Below are positions 1 to 8,880 of a stretch of DNA of 55,417 nt, piece by piece (the stretch's first letter is position 1; every line of letters begins with the position of its first letter). Under the pieces are notes generated by a model. That model searched no databases. It was not told where the DNA came from and worked only from the letters and a program-made list of their open reading frames with translations. Position numbers and translations under genes: made by a program. The stretch covers positions 1-55,417 of the forward strand of contig JAJYKZ010000003.1 of assembly GCA_021788105.1 (NCBI GenBank), given 5' to 3'. This DNA is from a bacterium (GTDB taxonomy: Bacteria > Patescibacteriota > Minisyncoccia > Moranbacterales > UBA2206).

Positions 1-30
1 AAAAGCGGGTGAAAGCTCGCTTTTGTTTTT
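1..30 (+). terminator. Probable intrinsic terminator of an upstream gene
   Basis: aaaagcggg-tgaaag-ctcgctttt hairpin followed by a T-rich tract. Confidence 0.5.
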
Positions 31-54
31 ATATAATTTAAAATTTCCAATTTT

Positions 55-552
55 ATGTCAATTTACAAAGAACAACGTGTCGGCGTGCTCGTCGACATCC
101 AAAACATGTACTACTCCGGCCGAGTGCTTTTTAAAAAGAAAGTAAACTTCGGCGCTCTTCTGAAAGAAGCGGTGGAAGACCGCAAACTGATTCGCGCCAT
201 TGCCTACGGAATAGCAACTGTTGAAGGCCAGGAAGAAAAATTTTTCGAAGCTTTGGAAAAACAAGGGTTTGAAGTTAAAACCAAAGACCTGCAAATTTTT
301 CCCGGCGGAGCCAAGAAAGGCGATTGGGATGTCGGAATTGCTGTTGATGCCATCAAGATGTCCAAAAGCCTGGATGTTATCGTTTTGATTGCCGGCGACG
401 GCGACTATATTCCCGTCGTGGAATATATCCAAAACACGACCGGCTGCCGCGTCGAATGTTTCGCCTTCCTCGAATCCGCCAGTAAAAAACTAGTGGAAGC
501 GGTCGACAAATTCACCAACATTTCGGAAAATAAGAAGAAGTTTTTGATATAA
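55..552 (+). CDS. NYN domain protein (LabA/DUF88 family, PIN-like fold)
   Basis: Motifs VLVDIQNMYY, KKGDWDVGIAVD, LIAGDGDY. Confidence 0.9.
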   Translation: MSIYKEQRVGVLVDIQNMYYSGRVLFKKKVNFGALLKEAVEDRKLIRAIAYGIATVEGQEEKFFEALEKQGFEVKTKDLQIFPGGAKKGDWDVGIAVDAIKMSKSLDVIVLIAGDGDYIPVVEYIQNTTGCRVECFAFLESASKKLVEAVDKFTNISENKKKFLI

Positions 553-557
553 AAATA

Positions 558-590
558 AAGAGACCCGAAATAAATCTGGGTCTTTTTTTA
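558..590 (+). terminator. Intrinsic terminator after the NYN gene
   Basis: agaccc...gggtct stem followed by a T run. Confidence 0.6.
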
Positions 591-675
591 TTTGCAAAAT
601 TCTGAAAATTTATTTAGAATTCATCCTAGCTTTTTAAAAGACAAAATGAAAAAATATTGGGAGGCATAGATAAAA

Positions 676-1380
676 ATGGACTGGAAATTTTGGCTGCTTA
701 CGTACCCGTCAGGAATTATTGGTGGTAGTATTCTCCAATTATTCAGACTTCCCGGACTTGTTAAAATAAAAAATAGAGAAAGACTCCCGAAAGACTTGAG
801 CGGCTGCATACTAGCCTCTAATCACCCATCTTTATGGGAACCGATCCTGCTTCCGCTCAGCATATTTTTTTGGAAATATCTTTTCCATCCCACTAAGTAC
901 GCTCCTTGGAGTGTAGCGGACAAGGAAAATTATTTTCAAAAATGGCGCTGGATTTATTTTGTTGTAAAGAGTCGTCTCCTGGCTGTTAACCGCAAAGACA
1001 AAAGAGAAGCCATAGAGGCACTCAGTGAAATGAGAAGGCTTGTTCAGGCGGGAAAAATTTTAATCATCTTTCCCGAAGGCGGAAGAACCGAAAAGGGAGC
1101 CGAGGTTCTGACTTCTCCAAAAGGAAATCGGATCCGCCCACTCCAAAACGGCGTGGGAATCATTGCTCAAAAAAGGAGAGGAGATAAACTTGTCCCTAAA
1201 ATAATCCCGATCTGGGTCTCAGGATCTGACAAAGTGCTTCCCATCGGGAAAAAACTTCCCAAATTATGGAAAGAAACAGAAATAAAAATCGGCAAACCGA
1301 TAATTCCAAATGGAGAATCAGTTACTGATTTGACCAAAATAATAACCCAGCAACTTTTAAACCTTGCTGACGAAAATTAA
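676..1380 (+). CDS. plsC: 1-acyl-sn-glycerol-3-phosphate acyltransferase family
   Basis: ASNHPSLWE (NHxxxxD-like with E), IFPEGGRT, GVGIIA, IPIWV motifs. Confidence 0.8.
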   Translation: MDWKFWLLTYPSGIIGGSILQLFRLPGLVKIKNRERLPKDLSGCILASNHPSLWEPILLPLSIFFWKYLFHPTKYAPWSVADKENYFQKWRWIYFVVKSRLLAVNRKDKREAIEALSEMRRLVQAGKILIIFPEGGRTEKGAEVLTSPKGNRIRPLQNGVGIIAQKRRGDKLVPKIIPIWVSGSDKVLPIGKKLPKLWKETEIKIGKPIIPNGESVTDLTKIITQQLLNLADEN

Positions 1381-1393
1381 GGAGGGTAAAAGC

Positions 1394-1654
1394 ATGCGCA
1401 AAGGTTTTAAAAGCCGCGAAGCAATCGAATACGCCGAGGGAATTAACATACCATCGGAGGTAAGAGATTTTTTAGGAGATGGTCCGTTTCACGTAAAAGA
1501 AGTCTGCGGAGATCAGATAAGCCTCATGGGCTTCCCTGGTCATTTTTTTCCCGCGCGACTGTTCCAACATTATAAATTTAACAAAATCCCGCCTGAAGCA
1601 TACGTCGGCGGGATAATTCCCAAAGACAAAGGAATTCCCGGAGGATCATCATGA
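1394..1654 (+). CDS. Hypothetical protein (86 aa)
   Basis: ORF with aaggagg RBS at 1378-1384 ahead of ATG 1394; no recognisable domain. Confidence 0.6.
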   Translation: MRKGFKSREAIEYAEGINIPSEVRDFLGDGPFHVKEVCGDQISLMGFPGHFFPARLFQHYKFNKIPPEAYVGGIIPKDKGIPGGSS

Positions 1655-1816
1655 TCCTCCTTTCTTTTTGACAAAAATCCAAAAATAGGCTACGATTTAG
1701 ACGCTTAACAATTTATTAAAGCCTTTCTTGGCGCGTCACAGGCACAATAATAGCCTTAATCCCTTGAGCTTATTATCGTGTTTATAACGTCGCTAGCGTA
1801 AGGCAGCACGTTTTTT

Positions 1817-3925
1817 ATGGAACATAAAAAATGGTCTCTCCAGATCGGAGGAAGAATTTTAGAAGTCGAAACCGGACTTCTGGCCGGACAAGCCAATGGG
1901 TCTGTTACCGTCCGCTACGGCGACACGGTCGTTTTGGCGACCGCCACAATGAGCAAGGGCGCTTCGAAAATAAGCGGCTATTTCCCATTGATGGTTGACT
2001 TTGAAGAAAGATATTACGCCGCCGGAAAAATCAAAGGCTCCCGCTTTATCAAACGCGAAGGACGCCCATCGGACGGTGCCATCCTTTCCGGAAGAATCGT
2101 CGATCGCACTATTCGTCCGCTTTTCAACGGTCGGATGAGAAACGAAGTGCAAGTTATTGTAACGGTTTTGTCTTACGACGGAGAAAACGATCCGGATACC
2201 ATTTCCGTCATCGCCGCTTCCGCCGCTCTTACCCTTTCCGACATTCCTTGGAACGGTCCGGTGGCCGCTGTCAAAGTTGGAAAGACCAATGGCGAATTTG
2301 TTTTGAATCCGGTTAATGGAGAAGCGGAAGAAAGTCCGTTGGATCTTTTGATTTCAGGAACCAAAGATAAAATAAACATGCTGGAAGCCGGCGCTAAAGA
2401 AGTTCCGGAAGAAGAAATTATCAATGCTTTTGCGTTCGGACAGGAAGCTATCAGAAAAATCACCGAGTTTATCGAAAATATCGCAAAAGAAGCGGGCAAA
2501 GAAAAATCCGAGCCGGCGCTTCTGCAAGGAACATCGGAATTTGAAACCAAAATCAAAGAAATCGCGTTGTCCGAAGGTTTGGCAGAAGCTTTGTATGATC
2601 CGAGCAAGCAAGTTATCGCGGAAAAGACCAAAGCTATCCGTGAAAAAATCAGCGAACACATCAAAACCAACTTTACGGAAGATTTGAGCAGACTGGAAGA
2701 AATCGCCGAGCAAGTTTTTGAAGAAACTTCCGATGAAATCGTACACAAAAATATTTTGGAAAAAGAGCAGCGGCCAGACGGACGCAAACTTGATGAAATC
2801 AGAAAAATCACTTGCCAAGTCGGACTTCTTCCCAGAACTCACGGTTCCGCGTTGTTTACCCGCGGAGAAACCCAGGCACTGACCGTGACCACGCTGGGTT
2901 CGCCCGGAGATCAACAAATTATCGACACGATGGAAGTTGATACTAAAAAAAGATATATTCATCATTATAATTTTCCTCCCTATTCGGTCGGCGAAGTTCG
3001 TCCGATGCGCGGTCCAGGAAGACGAGAAATCGGCCACGGCGCTTTGGCGGAAAAAGCTCTGGTTCCAGTTATTCCTTCCAAAGAAGAATTTCCCTATACC
3101 ATTCTTTTGGTTTCTGAAATCCTCGCTTCCAATGGCTCATCCTCAATGGCTTCCACTTGCGGATCAACTTTATCTCTGATGGACGCCGGCGTGCATATTA
3201 AGAGGCCGGTTTCCGGAATCGCAATGGGAATTATCGTCGGTCAAGACGGGAAGTTTAAGGTTCTGACTGATATTCAGGGAGCGGAAGACCATTATGGCGA
3301 TATGGATTTCAAAGCGGCCGGAACCGAATTAGGAATTACCGCCTTGCAGATGGATGTCAAAGTAGATGGCGTCACGCTCGATATGCTTCGCGCCGTTCTG
3401 ACCCAATCCCACCAAAACAGATTGGAAATTATGCAAAAAATGCTGGCAACCATCCCGACACCGCGAACGGAAATGTCGCAATACGCTCCGAGAATCATCA
3501 CTATGAAAATCAATCCGGATAAAATCAGAAATGTCATCGGAACCGGCGGCAAGATCATCAATGAAATCATTGATGAGACAGGCGTCCAAATCGACATCGA
3601 AGACGACGGATCGATTTTCATCACTTCTCCAGACGCTACTTCGGCCGAGAAAGCTCGTCAGTGGATCGACAATCTGACTCATGAAGTCAAGGCCGGAGAA
3701 CTTTTTAATGCCAGGGTTACTAGAATTATGAACTTCGGAGCCTTTGCTGAAATTTTGCCGGGACAAGAAGGACTCATACACATTTCCGAAATCGCCGACA
3801 AGCGCGTAGAAAAAGTGGAAGATTATTTAAAAATCGGCGACGTCGTTCCGGTCAAAGTCAAAGAGATCGACAGTCAAGGACGAATCAATCTTTCCATCAA
3901 AGCAGTAGCCAAGCTCGTGAAGTAG
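1817..3925 (+). CDS. pnp: Polyribonucleotide nucleotidyltransferase (PNPase)
   Basis: FTRGETQ, RREIGHGALAE, SNGSSSMAS, GDMDFK motifs; C-terminal KH and S1 domains. Confidence 0.99.
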   Translation: MEHKKWSLQIGGRILEVETGLLAGQANGSVTVRYGDTVVLATATMSKGASKISGYFPLMVDFEERYYAAGKIKGSRFIKREGRPSDGAILSGRIVDRTIRPLFNGRMRNEVQVIVTVLSYDGENDPDTISVIAASAALTLSDIPWNGPVAAVKVGKTNGEFVLNPVNGEAEESPLDLLISGTKDKINMLEAGAKEVPEEEIINAFAFGQEAIRKITEFIENIAKEAGKEKSEPALLQGTSEFETKIKEIALSEGLAEALYDPSKQVIAEKTKAIREKISEHIKTNFTEDLSRLEEIAEQVFEETSDEIVHKNILEKEQRPDGRKLDEIRKITCQVGLLPRTHGSALFTRGETQALTVTTLGSPGDQQIIDTMEVDTKKRYIHHYNFPPYSVGEVRPMRGPGRREIGHGALAEKALVPVIPSKEEFPYTILLVSEILASNGSSSMASTCGSTLSLMDAGVHIKRPVSGIAMGIIVGQDGKFKVLTDIQGAEDHYGDMDFKAAGTELGITALQMDVKVDGVTLDMLRAVLTQSHQNRLEIMQKMLATIPTPRTEMSQYAPRIITMKINPDKIRNVIGTGGKIINEIIDETGVQIDIEDDGSIFITSPDATSAEKARQWIDNLTHEVKAGELFNARVTRIMNFGAFAEILPGQEGLIHISEIADKRVEKVEDYLKIGDVVPVKVKEIDSQGRINLSIKAVAKLVK

Positions 3926-3996
3926 TCAAAAAATAAATCTTGGTATAAAATAGAGGTGTGATAAGCACTTCTATTTTAATTTTATAAAACAAAAAA

Positions 3997-5277
3997 ATGT
4001 CCGAAGTCCAAAATCAAAATCAAAATGAAAATGTAAATAAAAATATTCAGGTCCATACCATGGCCGAAGATTTGAAGGAACTCGAACATCCTCAAAAAAC
4101 CGAACCGCGAACTTCCAAACCAAACGTCGCAGAAAAAGTCTCGCAATCAAAACCCGCCCAATTGACCGAGGAACAAAAAAATAATCCTTTTTTAAATCCG
4201 GATTTTAAAATTTCACCACTGGCACCTCAAAAAGACAGTGCAACACTGACGGAAACAACAAAAGAATCTGCAAAACCTGTTGCAACTCCCAATATTCACG
4301 ACGTCAAATCAAATAAATCCGCGCCGACTCCAGCCAAAAACGCTTCTCATTCTGCCAATAAAATTCTCTTTGCGGCAATCATAGCAATAATCATTTTAAT
4401 TATCGGAGCGGGAACTTATTATTTCATCGCCACAAAAAAACAACCTGCACAAACAACACAAAACACTGCTTCAAATCAAAACCAGCAGCAAACATCCGAC
4501 CAAAACCAGGCTTCCCCTCAACCGCAAAACAATACCCAAGACCAATCTCATAACAACGCCCCGACCGCCGATTCAAATAGTGCCGTGTACTCTGCCACCA
4601 ATCCGAATTACATGAATATCGACATTGCCAATGCCGATGGAGTTGCGATTAAAAATACCATCGATCAATACGCCCATAACGTTTCTGCTTCCAAAGCGAC
4701 CGCACCGATCGAATTTTCCGTCGTCGATCTGCAAAATAATCCGATATCTTTTTCCACTTTTGCCAAAAAAATTGGACTTGATCTTTCTTCTGCCGTTATG
4801 AGTGATTTGGGGGATGATTTTAGTTTGTATATATACAACGATCAATCTAACACCAGATTGGGATTGATTGTTAGTGCCAAAAATCCAACTGGTTTAAAAA
4901 CCGCCCTTCTAACCGAAGAAAAAACTTTGCCGTCAGATTTACAAGCATTATTCTTAGACTCCGATTATTCCATTAACAGTGGAAAAGTTTTTGCCTCCAG
5001 CGCTTATGACGGAGCTGATGTCCGCTATGAAAACATCGTCTCTCCCGAAGATTTGTCGGTTGATTACACGGTTTTCAACAATTCTCTGATGATCGGAACG
5101 ACTGAAATGACTTTGCGGGCGATGATTGATAAAATTTCTTCAGCGAACATTCAAACAAATCAAGACAACACCTCCGCATCAATGCCCTCTTCTTCCGCTA
5201 ATCAAGCTGGCGCAACTTCCAACACAACGACGACAACCACAAATACCGATTCAACTTCTGCAATAAGCACAAATTAG
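3997..5277 (+). CDS. Single-pass membrane protein with low-complexity N-terminus and an extracellular domain
   Basis: One hydrophobic segment ILFAAIIAIIILIIGAGTYYFI; Q/N/T/S-rich linkers. Confidence 0.8.
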   Translation: MSEVQNQNQNENVNKNIQVHTMAEDLKELEHPQKTEPRTSKPNVAEKVSQSKPAQLTEEQKNNPFLNPDFKISPLAPQKDSATLTETTKESAKPVATPNIHDVKSNKSAPTPAKNASHSANKILFAAIIAIIILIIGAGTYYFIATKKQPAQTTQNTASNQNQQQTSDQNQASPQPQNNTQDQSHNNAPTADSNSAVYSATNPNYMNIDIANADGVAIKNTIDQYAHNVSASKATAPIEFSVVDLQNNPISFSTFAKKIGLDLSSAVMSDLGDDFSLYIYNDQSNTRLGLIVSAKNPTGLKTALLTEEKTLPSDLQALFLDSDYSINSGKVFASSAYDGADVRYENIVSPEDLSVDYTVFNNSLMIGTTEMTLRAMIDKISSANIQTNQDNTSASMPSSSANQAGATSNTTTTTTNTDSTSAISTN

Positions 5278-5286
5278 CACATAACC

Positions 5287-5295
5287 TGTGGATAA
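5287..5295 (-). promoter_or_regulatory. Perfect DnaA box
   Basis: TGTGGATAA, the reverse complement of TTATCCACA. Confidence 0.5.
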
Positions 5296-5441
5296 CTTGG
5301 TGAAAACTCTGATTTTGGGATAAAAATAGAAAAGAAAATTACTTTTTAAAATTTAATTTAAGAATAATTTTTGTCAAAAGTTCTCCGCAAATAATTTTTT
5401 GGCAAAAACTCCAGCAAATTGAAAGATTGAATGAAAGATTG

Positions 5442-5470
5442 TTGACTCATGCTTATTTTTTTGCTATAAT
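5442..5470 (+). promoter_or_regulatory. Near-consensus sigma70 promoter with extended -10
   Basis: TTGACT (5442-5447), 17 nt spacer, TGc-TATAAT (5462-5470). Confidence 0.85.
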
Positions 5471-5476
5471 GGGTGT

Positions 5477-6055
5477 ATAGTGAACATTGAAAATGAAATA
5501 ACGGAACGGTAAAAGAGTTTTCAATCGCAATTTCCCCCTATTTGCGGTTGAAAATTCTCTTACTGTTCAAGCGTATCGATCATTGCATCGATGCCGCTCC
5601 CGATTTCTGACCGGGAGACCCTAAAACAAAAACAAAAACTTGGGACCTACCCGGAACAGTTATTAAAAAATGACTGCTGCGGGTAGGATCCCAAAAATTT
5701 TTTCAAAATAAAAACAAAAAGAAAAAATTGAGTTCTTTAAACATTCAAAGGCGAAAGCCAGAGAATGGTAAGAGGAAAACATCTAAATAAGTCAGAATAG
5801 ATGTTAAAAAACAACATATACATGAAATTCATATGCATTATATAATTTGATGCCTACTCACCCGGGCTAAAATTATTCCGTGTCGTATGACAGTATATGT
5901 CAAAAAACTGGGGCATCGGTCCGTATTTATATATATTGGGGCTTAGATGCCCCGGTTACCATACCAGCCAGCCGGGAAAATATCGGCAATAGACAACAAA
6001 AACAAAAAACATTCGGCAATTCAGTTCTGGGCACCACGAAAGAGGTGTTTTTTTG
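5477..6055 (+). ncRNA. Candidate large structured non-coding RNA (~575 nt), unknown family
   Basis: Bounded by a promoter and a terminator; about ten helices, several with G-U pairs valid only on the + strand; A/C-rich single-stranded linkers; no credible ORF. Confidence 0.65.
6029..6054 (+). terminator. Intrinsic terminator
   Basis: gggcacc-acgaaaga-ggtgttt followed by a T run. Confidence 0.65.
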
Positions 6056-6090
6056 TTGGCAAAAATGATAGAATAAAATTAAATTTCACA

Positions 6091-6105
6091 AGGAGCTTAG
6101 CTCCT
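6091..6105. repeat. Short palindromic element AGGAGCTTAGCTCCT
   Basis: Same sequence recurs twice at 20179-20213. Confidence 0.75.
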
Positions 6106-6120
6106 GATATAAACTAAAAA

Positions 6121-6498
6121 ATGCAAACTACATCGAGCATTGGAAAGACCGGTGAACAAATCGCCGCTAATTTCCTTGAAAAACACGGCTTTAAGATTTT
6201 AGAAACAAATTACCAAAATGATTCCGGCCGCCGGATCGGAGAAATCGACATTGTCGCTCAAGACAAGGATGAAATAGTTTTCGTGGAAGTCAAAACCCGG
6301 GACATCAAATATTTCAACACGCTTCCGGAAGAAAACATAACCTACTCCAAATTAAGAAAGCTTTCCAAAATCGCCAGTGTTTTCCTGAGAAAACGAAAAT
6401 TGGATGGCGAGCCCTATCGATTTGACGCGATTTCCGTATGGATCGACTTTGAAAACCGGAATGCCAAAGTAAAACATTTGCGAAATATTTATTTATAG
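6121..6498 (+). CDS. yraN: YraN family (UPF0102) putative endonuclease
   Basis: GKTGEQIAANFL, GEIDIVA, VFVEVKTR, RFDAISV. Confidence 0.93.
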   Translation: MQTTSSIGKTGEQIAANFLEKHGFKILETNYQNDSGRRIGEIDIVAQDKDEIVFVEVKTRDIKYFNTLPEENITYSKLRKLSKIASVFLRKRKLDGEPYRFDAISVWIDFENRNAKVKHLRNIYL

Positions 6499-6553
6499 AC
6501 ACAAAAGTGGTTTTTTGCTAAACTGAACATGCTAAACAAATTATTCAATCATT

Positions 6554-6910
6554 ATGGCTATCGATCCAAAAACTTTAGAAGAATTAAAGGAAGCTCTAAC
6601 AAGAGAAAAAGAAGAATTGGAAAAAGACCTGGCAAGAATCGCCAAGCCGGCCAGTGAAAAAGAAGGTGATTACGAACCGGCTTTTGAGGATATTGGCCGA
6701 GACATTGACGACAACATCACGGAAGTCGAACAATTCACCGACAATCTTCCCGTTGAAATAACCTTGCAAAAAAAATTACACGACGTTTTGGAAGCATTAG
6801 AAAGAATGGAAAAGGGAACTTACGGCATTTGCGAAAACTGCCATCAGGAAATTGACATTGAACGTTTGAAGGCTAATCCGTCGGCCAAAACCTGCATTAA
6901 GTGCCGTTAA
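6554..6910 (+). CDS. TraR/DksA C4-type zinc finger protein
   Basis: Coiled coil followed by GTYGICENC...ERLKANPSAKTCIKC. Confidence 0.9.
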   Translation: MAIDPKTLEELKEALTREKEELEKDLARIAKPASEKEGDYEPAFEDIGRDIDDNITEVEQFTDNLPVEITLQKKLHDVLEALERMEKGTYGICENCHQEIDIERLKANPSAKTCIKCR

Positions 6911-6920
6911 TATTAATGCA

Positions 6921-7346
6921 ATGCAAATGAAAAAAAGTTTTCTTTTGATTATTTTTTTCATATTGCTGGATCAGCTTTCTAAATATATTGTCCGCTCAAG
7001 TGGCGGATTTTATATTTGCAACAAAGGAGTGGCATTTGGAATTAATATTCCTTATTTTGTAATCTGGTCCGTTGCATTAGTGCTATTTTTTTACCTGATT
7101 TACTTAATTTCAAATTCTAAATTTCAAATTTCAAATGAATTTTCAAATTCTAAATTTTTAAATATCGGGGTTGTTTTTATACTTGCCGGCGGAATCTCCA
7201 ATATCATTGACAGGCTGTTTTTCGGCTGCGTCATTGACTTTATTAATTTAAAATTTTGGCCGATTTTTAATCTGGCCGATACATTTATCGTTTTAGGTGT
7301 TATAATTGTAATATTGCAGAGCTTAATTAAAAATAATAATCAATAA
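6921..7346 (+). CDS. lspA: Lipoprotein signal peptidase II with a repeat-derived loop insertion
   Basis: LDQLSK, NKGVAFG, GGISNIIDR, VIDFI, IFNLAD; ISNSKFQISNEFSNSKF insert. Confidence 0.9.
   Translation: MQMKKSFLLIIFFILLDQLSKYIVRSSGGFYICNKGVAFGINIPYFVIWSVALVLFFYLIYLISNSKFQISNEFSNSKFLNIGVVFILAGGISNIIDRLFFGCVIDFINLKFWPIFNLADTFIVLGVIIVILQSLIKNNNQ
7106..7157. repeat. Heptamer-periodic repeat (aatttca/aattcta) inside lspA
   Basis: 29 nt (7106-7134) identical to 19883-19911. Confidence 0.8.
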
Positions 7347-7348
7347 TT

Positions 7349-8875
7349 TTGTCTTCCAAAGTTTTATCCGCTGCCACCATCGGCCTTTCCAGCGAACTGA
7401 TCGAGATTGAAGCTGATACGGTTTCGGCCGGACTCCACCAATTCAATATTGTCGGGTTGCCTGACGCCGCCGTCAAAGAAGCGCGCGACCGAGTGGGTGC
7501 CGCCATCCGCAACAGCAAATTCCGGCCGCCCCACCAGTGCGGACGAGTTACCATCAATCTGGCGCCGGCTGATCTGAAAAAAGAAGGTCCGATTTACGAT
7601 CTGCCGATCGCTCTGGGATTTCTTCTGGCCACCCGGCAAATAAAATTCGACCATCGAGACAAAATGTTTTTGGGCGAATTGTCTTTGGACGGCAAAGTGC
7701 GGCCGGTCAAAGGCATTCTTCCAACAACTATTTTGGCCAGAGACAGGGGAATTAAGGAACTTTACGTTCCCAGTGAAAATGCGGCCGAAGCTTCAATCAT
7801 CCGGGAAGTTTCAGTTTTTCCGGTCGATAATTTAATCTCATTGGTGCTGCACCTTTCCAGCCAAGAAAAAATAACTCCGGCCGATCCGATCGATTTGGAA
7901 AACTTTTTTTCCGATGAAAATTATTCGGTCAATATGTCTTTCATTAAAGGCCAAGAGCATGCCAAACGCGCATTGGAAATTGCTGCGGCTGGAGGACACA
8001 ATGTCATTCTCAACGGCCCGCCCGGATCTGGAAAAACTCTTCTGGCCAAAACGATGGCCTCCATTCTTCCCAAACTTTCCATTGACGAAGCGCTGGAAGT
8101 CACTAAAATATTTTCCGTGGCCGGCCAGTTGCCGCGCGGAACGGCTCTTATGACCAGAAGACAATTCCGTTCGCCTCACCACAGCGCCAGCGCCGTTTCT
8201 TTGGTTGGCGGAGGAACCTATCCCAAGCCGGGCGAAATCAGTTTGGCTCACCGCGGAATTTTATTTTTGGACGAGTTTCCGGAATTCGCCCGCTCGGTTC
8301 TGGAAAACTTGCGCCAGCCCTTGGAAGACGGGCTGATCACCGTTTCGCGCGCCCAAGGCACTTTGGAATTTCCGGCTCGCTTCACGCTCGTTGCCGCTAT
8401 GAATCCTTGTCCGTGCGGCAATGCCAGCGATCCGGAAAAAGTCTGCACCTGCAGTCCGGCCAGCGTCATTAAATATCAAAGAAAAATTTCCGGTCCGATT
8501 CTTGACCGCATCGATCTTCACGTCGAAGTGCCGCGCATCAAATTTGAAAAACTAGCCGCTGATTCTCCGCAAGAAACTTCGGAAAGTATCCGTTCGCGCG
8601 TTGAAAACGCCAGGGCAATCCAAAAGGAACGTTTTAAAAATTCTCCCATTGTCGCCAACAGCGAAATGGGGAACGAGGAAATAAAAAATTTTTGCCGGCT
8701 GGATGAAACTTGCGCAACTTTGATGAAAAATGTAGTATCCAAATATTATCTGAGCGCCCGGGGATATTACCGCATAATCAAAGTCGCCCGCACCATTGCC
8801 GACTTGGCCGGAAGCCCGGAAATAAAACCGGCTCATATCGCCGAATCCATCCAATACAGATTCAAAACGGAATAG
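7349..8875 (+). CDS. comM: YifB/ComM family Mg-chelatase-like AAA+ ATPase
   Basis: VTINLAPADLKKEG, GPPGSGKT, RSPHHSAS, LFLDEFPEF, AMNPCPCG, SARGYYRIIKVARTIADL. Confidence 0.97.
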   Translation: MSSKVLSAATIGLSSELIEIEADTVSAGLHQFNIVGLPDAAVKEARDRVGAAIRNSKFRPPHQCGRVTINLAPADLKKEGPIYDLPIALGFLLATRQIKFDHRDKMFLGELSLDGKVRPVKGILPTTILARDRGIKELYVPSENAAEASIIREVSVFPVDNLISLVLHLSSQEKITPADPIDLENFFSDENYSVNMSFIKGQEHAKRALEIAAAGGHNVILNGPPGSGKTLLAKTMASILPKLSIDEALEVTKIFSVAGQLPRGTALMTRRQFRSPHHSASAVSLVGGGTYPKPGEISLAHRGILFLDEFPEFARSVLENLRQPLEDGLITVSRAQGTLEFPARFTLVAAMNPCPCGNASDPEKVCTCSPASVIKYQRKISGPILDRIDLHVEVPRIKFEKLAADSPQETSESIRSRVENARAIQKERFKNSPIVANSEMGNEEIKNFCRLDETCATLMKNVVSKYYLSARGYYRIIKVARTIADLAGSPEIKPAHIAESIQYRFKTE

Positions 8876-8880
8876 TTTCT

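Noticed and set aside
802-830. PlsC catalytic motif NHxxxxE instead of HxxxxD
   Set aside because: Conservative substitution seen in acyltransferase homologs; not enough to claim altered function.
5477-6055. Identification as tmRNA, RNase P RNA, SRP RNA, T-box or rRNA
   Set aside because: No tRNA-like ends or tag ORF ending in ALAA-like residues, no GAGGAAAGUCC, no SRP helix 8 motif, no T-box consensus, no rRNA sequence.
5880-6068. 62 aa ORF in the ORF track
   Set aside because: GTG start without RBS, runs through strong RNA stems and the terminator, no protein features; better explained as part of the structured RNA.
8710-8880. N-terminal extension of the G5/RlpA ORF
   Set aside because: Overlaps comM by 166 nt; the ATG at 8881 gives a proper TM-led start.
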